18,364 nucleotides of DNA, taken from NCBI GenBank assembly GCA_964518475.1, contig CAZFGR010000030.1:1-18364 (forward strand), given 5' to 3'. Shown in pieces: positions 17,208 to 18,364 of the stretch; position 1 is the first letter of the stretch, and each line of letters starts with the position of its first letter. Both the position numbers and the translations under genes were made by a program. The notes beneath the pieces were generated by a model. It was not told the origin of the DNA. It did not search any database and saw nothing but the letters and a program-made list of their open reading frames with translations. Origin of the DNA: an uncultured Nitrososphaerota archaeon (lineage in GTDB: Archaea; Asgardarchaeota; Njordarchaeia; Njordarchaeales; Njordarchaeaceae).

Positions 17208-17586
17208 CACTGACGTCCTAATATACCTAGTCAAGAATAAGCTTCTAGAACGCTTCCTAGAGAAATACGACGGATGCATCACAGCCATAACAGAATACGA
17301 ATATATGAGAGGAGAAGTAAAAGCAGGTGTTAAACCAAGAATATCAAAACAAACACTCAGCGAAGCCTTCGAAATTCTAGAACTCGATAACAAAAGTATA
17401 ACGATAGCATCAAAAATATGGTCAAGCCTAAGCAAGGAAGGAGAAATAATTGATGAGAGAGACCTATTAATTGGTGCCATCTGCATAGCACATAATGTCC
17501 CATTATGGACCTTCAACAAGAAACACTTCGAGAAGCTCAAAAAATTCAAACTCGTACTCAAAGACATTGACCTGCAAGAACTGTGA
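17191..17586 (+). CDS. vapC: VapC toxin (PIN-domain ribonuclease)
   Basis: IDTDVLI, ITEYE, ERDLLIGA and WTFNKKHF. GTG 17191 follows GAGGGAG (17177-17183); the ORF track starts at 17188. Confidence 0.92.
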   Translation: MKIAIDTDVLIYLVKNKLLERFLEKYDGCITAITEYEYMRGEVKAGVKPRISKQTLSEAFEILELDNKSITIASKIWSSLSKEGEIIDERDLLIGAICIAHNVPLWTFNKKHFEKLKKFKLVLKDIDLQEL

Positions 17587-17810
17587 AATCAAACCATATA
17601 AGCATAAAGGAGTCTTTGGGAAAATTGTCATAGTTGTATACAAATCTCGACAACAGGAATCACGATTGGTTATCGTTTCAAGGACATTAACAAGCTGAAA
17701 AGTTATTCATAAAAGCAATAACTAGCTAATTATTGTGCCGCCTTAATTAATTCCGAAAGTAAAAACCCCTGCCTAGTTCTATAATAAGAGCTCCGAAATT
17801 GTATCCTATG

Positions 17811-17860
17811 GCTTCTTTTTAGAAAAAAGCGAGAAGGAGAAAAGAGATCGAGAAAAGTTT
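17811..17860 (-). terminator. Pyrimidine/oligo-T terminator for the last ORF
   Basis: The minus strand reads CTTTTCTCGATCTCTTTTCTCCTTCTCGCTTTTTTCT just downstream of the stop at 17876. Confidence 0.5.
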
Positions 17861-17875
17861 ATTTTCAATCAAGTG

Positions 17876-18364
17876 TTAGGATAAGATTGCCTGTAGTGTT
17901 TGTTTGAATCTTTTGAGTCTTTTTGATACTCTACTCGGATGCAAATTTACTTCTTTTCCTATCTCGTATAATGATTTGCCCTCTAACCTCATGAGGATTA
18001 TTTTTATGTCTTTCTCATCGAGCTTCTTAAGCATCTCTAACTTCCCGTTTCCTTTTTCCTCAGAGGATATATAATAGTATTTAATCTTGAGGTTTTTTAT
18101 CAAGGGTATATCGTGCATAAGAAATGTTTCGCCCCAGGAAGTAGTTATTACTGCTTTGTCCAAGTCAGAATGATTCAGATAAATATTTTTTGTGATCTCC
18201 TTAAGAACCTCGTAGTATGCATTACCAACGTAGTTGCGTATTAAATCGTTGTCCCGCTTATCCATTAATAAGCTCTTGAAGGCGAGAATTGGGGAGTTAC
18301 GAAATGTTGGATCGAGATTATAAAATCTTTGTGTAATGAACATTATTATTAACACACCCTTATC
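17876..18364 (-). CDS. 5'-truncated protein: probable C-terminal half of an FtsK/HerA-superfamily ATPase fused to a C-terminal HTH
   Basis: The frame is open to the window edge (DKGV...). LIIMFITQRFYNLDPTFRNS matches the hhhhTQ...(L/I)DxxhR motif. C-terminal LDEKDIKIILMRLEGKSLYEIGKEVNLHPSRVSKRLKR is a sigma70-r4/LuxR-like HTH. Confidence 0.65.
   Translation of the reverse strand, partial: DKGVLIIMFITQRFYNLDPTFRNSPILAFKSLLMDKRDNDLIRNYVGNAYYEVLKEITKNIYLNHSDLDKAVITTSWGETFLMHDIPLIKNLKIKYYYISSEEKGNGKLEMLKKLDEKDIKIILMRLEGKSLYEIGKEVNLHPSRVSKRLKRFKQTLQAILS

Noticed and set aside
14888-17698. ORFs 14888-15244, 15390-15719, 15790-16047, 15930-16181, 17169-17567 and 17495-17698
   Set aside because: They overlap better-supported genes and have no SD or recognisable motif.

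Overview
An 18.4 kb AT-rich window from an archaeon. The evidence is GGTGA/GGTGAGG Shine-Dalgarno motifs, TATA-box promoters, oligo-T terminators and many TTG/GTG starts; a thermophilic TACK/Asgard-type host is an inference only. Left and centre (1-14.5 kb): the 3' end of an upstream gene, an MFS transporter, a membrane-anchored extracellular phospholipase-D-family protein (2x HKD + DxDGDG Ca-binding repeats + 4 Ig-like repeats), an AAA_14/DUF4143 ATPase, a tldD-tldE(pmbA) pair, a large surface protein (FG-GAP/VCBS propeller + M14 zinc carboxypeptidase + 3 Ig-like repeats + TM), an Old-Yellow-Enzyme flavin oxidoreductase and an SplB-like radical SAM enzyme. Right end (14.7-18.4 kb) looks accessory: two orphan ORFs, two divergent vapBC toxin-antitoxin operons and a 5'-truncated ORF with an FtsK/HerA-type (viral packaging ATPase/Zot-like) motif fused to a C-terminal HTH, possibly the edge of an integrated virus or plasmid. 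The most striking non-coding signal is three TTCATYATRATGAA palindromes spaced exactly 34 bp apart across the AAA ATPase promoter. No rRNA, tRNA, CRISPR array or transposase was recognised.
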